The position numbers and the translations under genes are program-made. A DNA stretch of 64,000 bases from Lentisphaerota bacterium. Lineage in GTDB: Bacteria > Verrucomicrobiota > Lentisphaeria > Victivallales > UBA1829. How positions within the stretch are numbered: the first letter of the stretch is position 1; the number at the start of each line of letters is the position of its first letter. Below are positions 44,346 through 53,846 of the stretch, piece after piece. The notes under the pieces were generated by a model, which saw only the letters and a list, made by a program, of their open reading frames with translations, searched no databases and had not been told where the DNA came from. Location: NCBI GenBank assembly GCA_015061915.1, contig SUVR01000002.1, positions 60,670-124,669 on the forward strand. The letters run 5' to 3'.

Positions 44346-45572
44346 TTATTTCTTTTTCTCTTCCGGCTTCTTTCCGTCTGACTTTTTTTCTTCCGGCTTG
44401 ATCAGCTCCCGGAGTGCAGATGAAAGGGGACCAGTTTTTGTTGCTTTCTCTTCCGGCTTCTTTCCGTCTGCCTTTTTCTCTTCCGGCTTCTTTTCCTCTG
44501 CCTTTTTCTCTTCCGGCTTAATCAGCTCCCGGAGTGCAGGAGAAAGAGGACCTGCCTTGTCCACTACTGTGATTTCCGGAATCACCAGCGGGGAGATGAA
44601 GACAGCTGAAATTCCTTCAACACCCGGCTTCAGGACACCATAGCGAAGGGGAACATCCTTATAAGTTCCGGCGCTGGTGATATTTGACAAGTCAGCATAA
44701 ATCAACAAATCCTCCGGCTTCAGATTTTCCACCGTATTTTTTTCGCCGGTAACGGTTGCTTTCACGGTCGCAGGCTCGATCTTCTCCACAGCCAGACTGC
44801 CGGATTGTTCCGGGGGAAGCATCAGAGAAACTTTCATACCCCGGATTTCCGTTCTTGCAGTTTTTTTCAACTTTACGGATACGGTGACCTGATCCGTGGA
44901 AAAGGAAAGTCCATCGATCGGATGCAAACGTACGCTGGTCGTAAAATCGGCAACATGATCTTTCAACGGGATCGGCATCGTATTGACCGTCATGCCTTTC
45001 CGGAACAGATGTTCAGGACCGACCGCCTTGATTTTCTTCTCATCGGGAAAAGTGATGGAGCGGACCGTATATCCTTTGGGCAGATCTTCTGCGGCATATT
45101 CTGCCTTTAACGGCAACTCTCTTGTCACGATCTTATCGATCGTAAACGTGTATTCGGCGGGGCTGACTTCCAGCACCTGAAGCAATGCGCCCTTCGGATG
45201 TCGGCAACGGACATCTTCCGCCTTCAACGTAACATACTGGCGACCGTTTTCATTCCGGTTCTGATAAGCCTGCTCTCCGATCACATAGTCCAGCGAAAAA
45301 TCTTCCGGCTTCAAGTCAAAAAGTTTTGTTTTCGGACCGCGTACGGTCAATGAAACCTGCTGCAGGTTTCTGGTTTTCCATACAAAACCGCTTTCCAAAG
45401 TCAACGCCGGCTGAACATTGTGGATCACAAAAACTTCATCCTCATGCTTGCGTTTATCCGAATATACCGTTGCAGTAACAAGCATCGCAAAGATCAGGGC
45501 GAAAAACTTACGCCAGAAATCGTGCCGGATAATATGGGGAACCCAGCGGAATTTACTTTTTTCTTCACTCAT
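44346..45572 (-). CDS. cdaR: YbbR-domain protein, CdaA regulator (CdaR-like) with repetitive K/E-rich tail
   Basis: N-terminal TM helix and repeated YbbR-like beta domains. ATGA overlap with the upstream cdaA. The C-terminal 68 aa are duplicated GPLS(P/S)ALRELIKPEEKK modules with PEEKK repeats. Confidence 0.7.
   Translation of the reverse strand: MSEEKSKFRWVPHIIRHDFWRKFFALIFAMLVTATVYSDKRKHEDEVFVIHNVQPALTLESGFVWKTRNLQQVSLTVRGPKTKLFDLKPEDFSLDYVIGEQAYQNRNENGRQYVTLKAEDVRCRHPKGALLQVLEVSPAEYTFTIDKIVTRELPLKAEYAAEDLPKGYTVRSITFPDEKKIKAVGPEHLFRKGMTVNTMPIPLKDHVADFTTSVRLHPIDGLSFSTDQVTVSVKLKKTARTEIRGMKVSLMLPPEQSGSLAVEKIEPATVKATVTGEKNTVENLKPEDLLIYADLSNITSAGTYKDVPLRYGVLKPGVEGISAVFISPLVIPEITVVDKAGPLSPALRELIKPEEKKAEEKKPEEKKADGKKPEEKATKTGPLSSALRELIKPEEKKSDGKKPEEKKK
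44349..44552 (-). repeat. in-frame tandem repeat encoding the K/E-rich tail of CdaR-like protein
   Basis: Plus-strand motif CTCTTCCGGCTTC... recurs at about 30-bp intervals. The longer unit ...TTCCGGCTT(G/A)ATCAGCTCCCGGAGTGCAG... occurs twice (about 44392-44431 and 44512-44552). Confidence 0.8.
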
Positions 45573-46459
45573 TTTTCATCGCCCTTTCCCGTTTTTTTCC
45601 ACTGCAGAAGTTCCAGAGAGGCTCTCCAGTAAGATTTCTTTTCCGAATTTCCGGCAGATTCCTGATACAGCAGATCCGTCAACAGGGAAACCAGTTCATT
45701 TCCGGAATATCCCCGGAGCAGACGCCCCTTGTATGCTGCTGAAATCACGCCGGTTTCTTCTGAAACTGCCACTGCCACAGCATCCGTTTCCTCCGTGATC
45801 CCGATCGCAGCACGGTGACGCGTCCCCAGTTTCTTCGCCGGGTTCATAGAATCCTCCGGGGTCAACGGCAGGACTGCCTTTGCAGCTACGATCTTATTCC
45901 CCCGGATGATCACTGCGCAGTCGTGAAGAGGCGAGTTTTTGAAAAAAATCGTTTCCAGCAGAAGCGTATCCACTTTTGCATCCAGCCGGACCGATGTTTT
46001 CAACAGCCCTTCCAACCCGATATTACGCTCAAACACGATCAAAGCTCCGGTTTTACTTGTCGCCATACTTTCCAAAGCAGTCACCACATTGGAGATCACA
46101 TCCTTTGAGGCTTCATTCCGGTTTTTGTAGTACTGCGAGGCAAAAATACCGCCTGCTTCCGCAAAAAAGCGCCGGATCTCCGGCTGAAAAATCACAATGA
46201 TCGCCGTCCCGAGGATCGGCCACAACCCACTGAGCAACGCACTGATCACCGTCAGTTCCAACAGGTTGGCAAGGAGGGCGGCAAGCGCCAGAAAAGTCGT
46301 AATGCCAAACAGAACATTGGCACTTCTGGTCCCGCGCAAAAAATACAGCAACCCGTAGATCAGCAATGTGATCAGCCCGAAGTCTGCGATCACCGCCAGG
46401 ATACGTGTCACCGGCAGACTCAACAGATATCTGCTGGACTCAACAAACCATTCGATCAT
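45569..46459 (-). CDS. cdaA: diadenylate cyclase CdaA (DisA_N/DAC domain, membrane-bound)
   Basis: Three N-terminal TM helices, then DAC motifs GALIVFERN, PLHDCAVIIRG (an HDGA variant) and LGTRHRAAIGITEETDAVAVAVSEETGVIS. Confidence 0.9.
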   Translation of the reverse strand: MIEWFVESSRYLLSLPVTRILAVIADFGLITLLIYGLLYFLRGTRSANVLFGITTFLALAALLANLLELTVISALLSGLWPILGTAIIVIFQPEIRRFFAEAGGIFASQYYKNRNEASKDVISNVVTALESMATSKTGALIVFERNIGLEGLLKTSVRLDAKVDTLLLETIFFKNSPLHDCAVIIRGNKIVAAKAVLPLTPEDSMNPAKKLGTRHRAAIGITEETDAVAVAVSEETGVISAAYKGRLLRGYSGNELVSLLTDLLYQESAGNSEKKSYWRASLELLQWKKTGKGDEK

Positions 46460-47307
46460 TTCACATAGCCTCCATTCATTGCTGCTGCAAAAGCACGCAT
46501 TGCATCTTCGGCAGCTCCCGGTTCATGGACTCGCACAAATTCAACTTTTTTCTCCGTCAGATATGCCAACACTCCTGCTGTGGCAAAATCGCGTTCACAC
46601 GGCTTTTTTTCTCTGCCGAGAAAGGATTTCCGTGAAATCCCATAGTACAATGGCAACCCGTGTTTCCGGAACTGTTCCGCATCCCGGACCAACTGCCAGT
46701 TTGCCGTGACAGTCTTCGCAAACCCGACACCCGGATCCAGTGTGATCCGGTCACGCCGGATCCCTGCCCCGACCGCAAGATCAATCTGCTTCTCAAAGAA
46801 TGAATTGATCTCTCCGATCAGATCCTGATAGAGAAGATTCTCCTCATTCTGCATCGTCTCCGGCGTCCCACGCATATGCATTAACACCAGACCGGCATCA
46901 TATTTTGCAATCACTTGTGCCATATCCGGATCAAATTGCAGTCCGCTGACATCATTGATCACATCTGCGCCGGCATCCAAAACGGCTTCCGCCACGGCTG
47001 CTTTCCGCGTATCCACGCAGATCACGCAGTCCGGCTGCCGTTCCCGCAAGGACCGGATCACCGGCACGAGCCGTTCAATCTCGGTCTGCACCGGTTGAGC
47101 GGCAGCTCCAGGCCGGGTGGATTCCGCTCCGATGTCGATCGCATCGGCACCGGAACTCAACATCTCTTCTGCGTGAGCCACAGCGCCTTCCACCGTCCGG
47201 TACGCGCCGCCATCGCTGAACGAGTCATCCGTCAGGTTCAGGATCCCGATGATTTTCGGGACCCCGCTGCCCGACGTTGCAAAGAACCGGTCAGTCCTGC
47301 GCATCAT
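46456..47307 (-). CDS. folP: dihydropteroate synthase
   Basis: GILNLTDDSFSDGG, DIGAESTRPGA and VINDVSG motifs. The likely start is ATG-ATG at 47307/47304, which overlaps the gyrA 3' end by about 17 nt. The track start at 47391 is probably too long. Confidence 0.88.
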   Translation of the reverse strand: MMRRTDRFFATSGSGVPKIIGILNLTDDSFSDGGAYRTVEGAVAHAEEMLSSGADAIDIGAESTRPGAAAQPVQTEIERLVPVIRSLRERQPDCVICVDTRKAAVAEAVLDAGADVINDVSGLQFDPDMAQVIAKYDAGLVLMHMRGTPETMQNEENLLYQDLIGEINSFFEKQIDLAVGAGIRRDRITLDPGVGFAKTVTANWQLVRDAEQFRKHGLPLYYGISRKSFLGREKKPCERDFATAGVLAYLTEKKVEFVRVHEPGAAEDAMRAFAAAMNGGYVK

Positions 47308-50029
47308 CAGCGTCTTCTCCGCTGCCTTCCGCTTCGACTTCGTAGATCTCTTCGCCGTTTTCATCAAAGTGCTGTGCGGCGTAGTCCACACCGGAACCGG
47401 CCTTCACAACAAACTTTTCTTCTTCGGTCTCTTCCGGCTTGTTTTCCACTTCCACCTGAACAATGCAGGAGACGCTGGTAATGCGGTCGTTCTTGCGTAG
47501 GTTCATGATGCGGACGCCCTTGGAATTTCTGCCCACCTTGCGGATCTCGCTGACGGGGATACGGGTGATCTGACCGCGTTCCGTGGTGATCAGCAGTTCA
47601 TCGTCTTCCTTCACGCGCAGGGCAGCCACAACGGTTTCACCTTCATCCAGGTTCATGTTCTTGACGCCCTTGGCGCCGCGGCGGGTCAGGCGGTACTTAT
47701 CCACATAGCTGCGCTTACCCATACCGCCGCTGGTCACGACCAGCAGCTGGGGCTTGCCGTTATCTTCTTCCGTTTCCGCATCATCATCGGTATCGGCGGC
47801 GTCTTCGTTCACATCATCTGCCACATCGTCCGCCACATCATCGGCGGGCAGTTCTGCATCGTCATCAATGGGTGCCGCGTTGAGGGCAGCTTCCGCATTT
47901 TCGCCCGGCACAACTTCCATACTGACGATATAGTCGTCTTCGATTTTGAAGCGGATCCCGGTAACACCGCGGGCAGCTCTGCCCATACTGCGGATGTCAG
48001 ATTCCACGAAGCGGCAAGCCATACCCTTGGCGGTGGAGAGGATCACTTCATCCGTACCACCGGCAAGTTCTGCACCGATCAGGTCGTCGCCTTCCTCGAT
48101 GATGAGAGCGCGGAGTCCCACATTACGCAGATTCTTGAACTGGGAAAGGGCAGTCTTCTTCACAACGCCGTTGCGGGTCGCCATGACAATGGACATATTT
48201 TCCATATCGAACATGGATTTGTTCAGGGTCAGCATGGCCTTGATCTGTTCGCCCGGTTCGATCTTGATCAGGTTCACGATCGCTTTGCCGTTGCCGGTAC
48301 GGACACCTTCCGGGATGTCATACACGTTCAGCCAGTACATGAAGCCCTTGTCCGTAAAGAAGAAGATGATGTCGTGGCTGTCCGCATTGAACAGGTGCGC
48401 CACATGGTCCTCATCCTTCGTCTTCATACCCACAATGCCCACGCCGCCGCGATGCTGAGTCTGGTAGGTATCTGCGGGCACGCGCTTGATGTAACCGGTG
48501 TCGGAGACCGTGATCACGCAGGAATGACGGGGGATCAGGTCGGCAATATCCAGGTCGCCGTCATCGTACGTGATTTCCGTGCGGCGCTTGTCGGCGTAAC
48601 GTTCCTTCACATAGAGCAGTTCTTCCTTGATGAGCTGGATGCGCATTTCACGGCTGGCAAGCAGTTCTTTCAGGTAGGTGATCTGCTTCATGACTTCATC
48701 GTAGTCCGCCTGCAGGTCTTCGATGGCAAGACCGGTCAGCTGATGCAGGCGCATATCCAGAATAGCGCCGACCTGGATCCGGGTCAGACCGAAACGATCG
48801 ATCAACGCCGTTGCCGCCGCTTCCTTCGTGCGGGATTCACGGATGATCTTCACCACTTCGTCAATATTATTGACCGCAATGAGCAAGCCTTCGAGGATAT
48901 GAGCGCGTGCTTCCGCTTTCTTCAGTTCAAACTGGGCGCGGCGGGTCACCACTTCAAAACGGTGATCCAGGAACGCCTGAAGGATCTGGGGCAGATTCAT
49001 CACACGGGGACGGTTGTGGTCAACGACCAGCATATTGCAGCCCATAACAGATTCCATTTGAGTGTGGGTGTAAAGCTGGTTCAGGATCACACTGCCCATA
49101 AAGCCGCGCTTGATGTCGATCACAACACGGATCCCCTTTTCTTTGGAGGATTCGTCACGAAGTCCGGAAATACCGTTGATCTTCTTTTCGCCGACCAGTT
49201 CCGCGATCTTTTTGACCATCATTTCCTTATTGACCGCATAGGGGATCTCCGTCACAATGATCTGTTCCTGATTTCCCTTTTCCACGATCTCCGCCTTGGC
49301 ACGAATCTTGATCACACCGTGTCCCGTTTCATACAGGCTGCGGATCGGATCGATCCCGCAGATGATGCCGCCGGTGGGGAAGTCCGGACCGGGCAGACAG
49401 CTCATCAGTTCGCGGACAGTCGCCGTGGGATGTTCCAGCATATAAATCGTGGCATCAATGGTTTCGCCAAGATTGTGTGTGGGAATGCAGGTTGCCATCC
49501 CGACGCCGATCCCCACGCTGCCGTTGACCAGCAGGTTCGGGAACTTGGCAGGCAGGACTTCCGGTTCTGTGTTGGCTTCGTCGAAGGTCGGCATCATATT
49601 GACCGTATCCTTCTCAATGTCGTTGAGCAGTTCTTCCGTCAGACGCTCCATACGACATTCCGTATAACGGTAGGCAGCCGGGGGGTCACCGTCGATAGAA
49701 CCGAAGTTTCCCTGACCTTCCACCAGCGGCTCACGCATGGAGAAGTCCTGCGCCATACGAACGAGCGTATCGTACACAGAAGCATCACCGTGGGGGTGGT
49801 AGTTACCCAGCACTTCCCCGACCACCTTCGCACACTTGACCGTGGCATGAGATTTGGTCAGACCAAGCTGGCGCATGGCATAAAGGATACGACGGTTACA
49901 GGGCTTCATACCGTCACGGACATCCGGGATGGCACGGCCGATATTCACACTCAGAGAATACTGCAGGTACGCAGTATGCATGATATCCTCGATGTTGACG
50001 AGAAAATCATTGGGGCTGTTTTCGCTCAT
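47291..50029 (-). CDS. gyrA: DNA gyrase subunit A
   Basis: 912 aa. Active-site region [10 protein letters not shown] and QRDR-like [25 protein letters not shown], with C-terminal beta-pinwheel repeats. An acidic insertion and an acidic tail are present. Confidence 0.97.
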   Translation of the reverse strand: MSENSPNDFLVNIEDIMHTAYLQYSLSVNIGRAIPDVRDGMKPCNRRILYAMRQLGLTKSHATVKCAKVVGEVLGNYHPHGDASVYDTLVRMAQDFSMREPLVEGQGNFGSIDGDPPAAYRYTECRMERLTEELLNDIEKDTVNMMPTFDEANTEPEVLPAKFPNLLVNGSVGIGVGMATCIPTHNLGETIDATIYMLEHPTATVRELMSCLPGPDFPTGGIICGIDPIRSLYETGHGVIKIRAKAEIVEKGNQEQIIVTEIPYAVNKEMMVKKIAELVGEKKINGISGLRDESSKEKGIRVVIDIKRGFMGSVILNQLYTHTQMESVMGCNMLVVDHNRPRVMNLPQILQAFLDHRFEVVTRRAQFELKKAEARAHILEGLLIAVNNIDEVVKIIRESRTKEAAATALIDRFGLTRIQVGAILDMRLHQLTGLAIEDLQADYDEVMKQITYLKELLASREMRIQLIKEELLYVKERYADKRRTEITYDDGDLDIADLIPRHSCVITVSDTGYIKRVPADTYQTQHRGGVGIVGMKTKDEDHVAHLFNADSHDIIFFFTDKGFMYWLNVYDIPEGVRTGNGKAIVNLIKIEPGEQIKAMLTLNKSMFDMENMSIVMATRNGVVKKTALSQFKNLRNVGLRALIIEEGDDLIGAELAGGTDEVILSTAKGMACRFVESDIRSMGRAARGVTGIRFKIEDDYIVSMEVVPGENAEAALNAAPIDDDAELPADDVADDVADDVNEDAADTDDDAETEEDNGKPQLLVVTSGGMGKRSYVDKYRLTRRGAKGVKNMNLDEGETVVAALRVKEDDELLITTERGQITRIPVSEIRKVGRNSKGVRIMNLRKNDRITSVSCIVQVEVENKPEETEEEKFVVKAGSGVDYAAQHFDENGEEIYEVEAEGSGEDADDAQD

Positions 50030-50171
50030 GTTTTTCCTTCCTTACGGGTTATATTTTTGTTTTGCTATTTTTAATATTATAGATAATATACACCCGTGCG
50101 CGCGACCGCGCAAGCGCGAAAAACATAAGGATGACAAAAAAAATGAAAAAAAATCAGCCGTCCGATACCGC

Positions 50172-50309
50172 GAGGCGCAGCGCAGCCCTTTTTTTTGCTG
50201 CGGCGACAGCGCCGCAGCAAAAAAACGCCTCCGCTTGCAGAACAGATTGCTGTTCTGCAAGCGGAGGCGGCACCGGAGCCAAGCTCCGGTGCGGGCTGCG
50301 CCGCGCCTC
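50172..50309. repeat. closed three-hairpin palindromic intergenic element (copy 4), contains dnaJ terminator
   Basis: 17-bp outer IR (1 mismatch) 50172-50188 GAGGCGCAGCGCAGCCC with 50293-50309 GGGCTGCGCCGCGCCTC. It encloses T8-hairpin-A7 (50189-50225), a perfect 20-bp stem (50226-50269) and GCACCGGAGC-caa-GCTCCGGTGC (50270-50292). Confidence 0.85.
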
Positions 50310-50312
50310 TGT

Positions 50313-51491
50313 TTACAAGCCGAAAGCGGCAAAAAGCGCCACAAATTTATTCAGAAACTTCTTGAAGAAACCGGTCCCGACGGGATGAGCTTCGCTATCC
50401 TTTTTTTCATCAAAAGTTGCTTCGTACTGACGGAGCAAATCCTTCTGTTCCGGGGTCAGTTTTTTAGGTACTTCAATGGTAAAACGGAGGTAGTGGGTAC
50501 CAAAGCTTCCACGCCGTCTCAACGACGGCATACCTTTATTTGCAACCCGCTGAACATCACCGTTTTGTGTTCCAGAAGGAACCATAAATTTCATCGGTCC
50601 GTGAATGGTGGGGATATCGATTTCTCCCCCCAGTGCAGCAACGGTAAATTTGATCGGAACATCGCAATAAATATCATCGCCTTCCCGTTCAAAAAGTTCA
50701 TGATCGCGGACACTGATATCCACATAAAGATCGCCGTCTCTGCCGCCCCGGAGACCGGGTTCACCTTCACCTGCCACACGCAGTCTGGAACCGGTATCCA
50801 CACCGGCGGGAATATGCACTTCCACGGAGCGTTTCAAGCGTACATGACCGGTGGCATTACACTTCTTACAGGGCTTTTCCGGAACGGACCCGGCGCCGCC
50901 GCAATCCGGACATTCCTGCATCATCGTAAAGAATCCCTGAGAGATCCCCACCTGTCCGGTCCCTTTACAGCGTTTGCAGGGCACTCTGACACCGGATTCG
51001 CAACCGGTACCGTGGCACGCCTCGCAGGCGCCCTGACGTACAAATTCCAGCTTCTTTGTAACACCGTTCACGGCATCCATAAAATCGATTTCCAACGGGT
51101 AGCGCAGGTCGTTTCCTGCCATGGGGGCATTGGGATCGCGTCTTCTTCCGCCACCGCCGAAAAAGGACTCAAAACCGCCCATTCCGCCGCCACCGCCGAA
51201 GAACTGGTTGAAGATATCAAAGGGATCGCCGCTGAAACCGCCGCCTCCGCCGCGTCCGGCGCCGGAGAAGGCATCTTCGCCGTACTGGTCATACAACTTG
51301 CGCTTTTCCGGATTGGAAAGTACATCGTACGCCTGTGCGATCTTCTTGAACTTTTCTTCCGCTTCTTTGTTGCCCTGATTTTTGTCCGGGTGATACTTGA
51401 TGGCAAGTTTGCGGTATGCTTTCTTGATCGCGGTCTCGTCTGCATCCACCGGGATCTCAAGCAGATCGTAGTATGTGGTATCAACAGCCAT
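50313..51491 (-). CDS. dnaJ: molecular chaperone DnaJ
   Basis: J-domain [32 protein letters not shown], a G/F-rich region and four CxxCxGxG zinc-finger repeats. The start overlaps the htpG stop (TAATG). Confidence 0.95.
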   Translation of the reverse strand: MAVDTTYYDLLEIPVDADETAIKKAYRKLAIKYHPDKNQGNKEAEEKFKKIAQAYDVLSNPEKRKLYDQYGEDAFSGAGRGGGGGFSGDPFDIFNQFFGGGGGMGGFESFFGGGGRRRDPNAPMAGNDLRYPLEIDFMDAVNGVTKKLEFVRQGACEACHGTGCESGVRVPCKRCKGTGQVGISQGFFTMMQECPDCGGAGSVPEKPCKKCNATGHVRLKRSVEVHIPAGVDTGSRLRVAGEGEPGLRGGRDGDLYVDISVRDHELFEREGDDIYCDVPIKFTVAALGGEIDIPTIHGPMKFMVPSGTQNGDVQRVANKGMPSLRRRGSFGTHYLRFTIEVPKKLTPEQKDLLRQYEATFDEKKDSEAHPVGTGFFKKFLNKFVALFAAFGL

Positions 51492-53398
51492 TATTCTGCA
51501 CTCAATTCTTTCTGGATGGATTCCGTCATCAGCAGCACGGTACGGCGGGCGAATTTCGCCGGATCAGGCAGGGTTGCGCCTTCGCTGATCAACGCCTGAT
51601 CGTAAAGCAGTTCCGCATAGTCCGGCAGGCTGGCGGCAGAAGGATCTTTTTCATACAGACTCTTCAGCGCACCGATCAGGGGGCTTTCCCCGTTCAGTTC
51701 CAGGATCCGTTTCACATCCGGGCTTTCCTGCCCCATCGCTTTGAAAAGACGCTGCATGGAAACGGAGGGATCGTAGTCATCGCCCACCAGACAGCAGGGA
51801 CTTTCCGTCAGACGGGAAGAGAAGCGCACATCTTTGACCTTGTCTTCCAGTGTTTTCTTCAAAAACTCCACAAGTTCTTTGTTTTCTTCGGTTTCCTTCT
51901 TCGTCTTTTCGTCCAGTTCCTTCTGTACGGATTCATCAAACTTGACTTCGCCCTTGAGGACGGAAACCAGATCTTTTTCCGCATACTTTGCGATGTCATC
52001 CATGATAATTTCGTCCATGGGTTCATACAGGAACAGCACATCGTACCCCTGCTTGCGGAACATCTCCAGCTGGGGAGAGAACTCCAGCGCTTCCCGGCGG
52101 TCGCCGGTGATGTAATAGATCGCCTTCTGGGTGGCGGGCATTGCATCGGAGTACTCTTTGAGCGTCATCAACTTACCGCTGTTCATGGATTCAAAAAGGA
52201 GCAGATCCTGCAGTTTTTCTTTGTTATTGAAATCCGTATGAACACCGCCCTTGATCATGGGGCTGAATTCCTTGTAAAATTCCTCGTAAGCCTCCCGGTC
52301 CTTCGTGAGCATTTTATCCAGTTCAGAGAGAACACGCTTCACAATGCTCTTGCTGATGCGGGCGATCTGGGGATTATCCTGCAGCGTCTCGCGGGAAACA
52401 TTCAGCGGCAGATCGCTGGAATCCACCACGCCGGCAACAAAGCCCATATATTCCGGCAGCAGACCGGGGCAGTTGTCCGTGATGAACACGCGGCGGACAT
52501 AAAGCTGGATCTGTTTGTGATCCTTGTTCATACCCATCCGGTAGCTCATAGGCATTTTGCCGGCGATGTAAAGCAGCGACTTGAATTCCGAAGCACCTTC
52601 CGCACTGAAACTGATCCGGCGGGCGGGCTTGTTGTAGTCCATACTGATGTGCTGATAGAACTGGTCGTATTCTTCTTCCGTCACTTCACTTTCCGGACGC
52701 AGCCAGATAGCTTTCATGGTGTTCAGCGTACTGTCTTCCACCTCTTCCTTGCCGTCTTTGGTCACGGTATGTTTCATGCGGATGGGGTATTCGATAAAGT
52801 CGGAATACTTGCGGATGAGTTCCGCCACACGCCAGTAGTCCAGATAAGCCTCAAAATCTTCTTTGAGATAGAGGGTGATCCGGGTACCGGGCGCATCCTT
52901 GCTGACTTCTTCGATGGAGAAATCGTTTTCGCCGTCGCTGATCCACTTCCACGCCTGCGCTTCGCCGTCCTTCTTCGTTTCGACGGTGACTTTATCCGCC
53001 GCCATGAAGGCAGAGTAGAACCCGACCCCGAACTGTCCGATGAGTTCCGGTGCGCTGACAGAGCCTTCTTCCTTGGCCTTTTCCAGCGCTTCGGTAAACG
53101 CTTTGGTTCCGGAGTGGGCGATCGTCCCCAGGTTTTCGATCAGTTCATCCCGGTTCATCCCCACGCCGTTATCGGAGATGATGAGGGTTTTTGTGTCTTT
53201 ATCCGCTTCGATCCGGATCTCCCAATCCCGGATCATATCCTGCTGTGTGAGGGAGAGAAAACGGGCTTTATCAATAGCGTCTGCCGCATTGGCGACCAGT
53301 TCCCGCAGGAAAATATCTTTGTTGGAATAGACGGAATGGATGACCAGCGAAAGCAGTTCGCGGATCTCCGCTTTGAATTGTAAATTTTCAGTTGCCAT
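51491..53398 (-). CDS. htpG: molecular chaperone HtpG (Hsp90)
   Basis: N-terminal [34 protein letters not shown], the GHKL ATPase motif. The ATG at 53398 is preceded by AAGGAGG. The track start at 53437 is less likely. Confidence 0.95.
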   Translation of the reverse strand: MATENLQFKAEIRELLSLVIHSVYSNKDIFLRELVANAADAIDKARFLSLTQQDMIRDWEIRIEADKDTKTLIISDNGVGMNRDELIENLGTIAHSGTKAFTEALEKAKEEGSVSAPELIGQFGVGFYSAFMAADKVTVETKKDGEAQAWKWISDGENDFSIEEVSKDAPGTRITLYLKEDFEAYLDYWRVAELIRKYSDFIEYPIRMKHTVTKDGKEEVEDSTLNTMKAIWLRPESEVTEEEYDQFYQHISMDYNKPARRISFSAEGASEFKSLLYIAGKMPMSYRMGMNKDHKQIQLYVRRVFITDNCPGLLPEYMGFVAGVVDSSDLPLNVSRETLQDNPQIARISKSIVKRVLSELDKMLTKDREAYEEFYKEFSPMIKGGVHTDFNNKEKLQDLLLFESMNSGKLMTLKEYSDAMPATQKAIYYITGDRREALEFSPQLEMFRKQGYDVLFLYEPMDEIIMDDIAKYAEKDLVSVLKGEVKFDESVQKELDEKTKKETEENKELVEFLKKTLEDKVKDVRFSSRLTESPCCLVGDDYDPSVSMQRLFKAMGQESPDVKRILELNGESPLIGALKSLYEKDPSAASLPDYAELLYDQALISEGATLPDPAKFARRTVLLMTESIQKELSAE

Positions 53399-53424
53399 GA
53401 TTACCTCCTTGCATTTTTGTACGA

Positions 53425-53685
53425 TCAGTGCTTGCAACCGCAGTTTTCGCCGCAGGTATGAGCGTGTTCACAGGCAGGGGCTTTGCTGGGGGATGCGTTG
53501 CTGTGAGCATAGTCCGTGCAGTAGAAACCGGTACCTTTGAAGATGATCCCGGCGCCGGTGCCGATCTTGCGTTTCAGCGATTCTTTTCCGCATTCCGGAC
53601 ACACCTTCAGATGATCTTCAGACATCTTCTGAAATTTGTGAAAACCGTGACCACATTCATTGCAGACATATTCGTACGTTGGCAT
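53425..53685 (-). CDS. FmdB-family zinc-ribbon protein
   Basis: MPTYEYVCNECGHGFHKFQKMSEDHLKVCPECG is the canonical CxxC...CxxC FmdB N-terminus. The tail is Cys/His-rich. Confidence 0.8.
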   Translation of the reverse strand: MPTYEYVCNECGHGFHKFQKMSEDHLKVCPECGKESLKRKIGTGAGIIFKGTGFYCTDYAHSNASPSKAPACEHAHTCGENCGCKH

Positions 53686-53846
53686 TTTTCTGACCTTTCA
53701 AATTGTTTTCGTTATGACATCACATTTATTCTATAAGCAAAAATGATGCCATATGCAGTTCTTTTTCCATTTTGTATTGATTATGAAAGAGATAGTGTTT
53801 TTCTTCCCTGCAAATCACGATCGTTATCCAGTGACATTTTGTCACA

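Noticed and set aside
44349-44552. Regularly spaced ~30-bp repeats as a possible CRISPR array
   Set aside because: The repeats lie in frame inside the cdaR-like ORF, where they encode PEEKK motifs. There are no unique spacers of constant length and no cas genes in the window.
50030-50171. AT-rich region upstream of gyrA as a possible replication origin
   Set aside because: I found no DnaA-box-like TTATCCACA motifs and no dnaA, dnaN or gyrB neighbours. The region is adequately explained as the gyrA promoter and leader.
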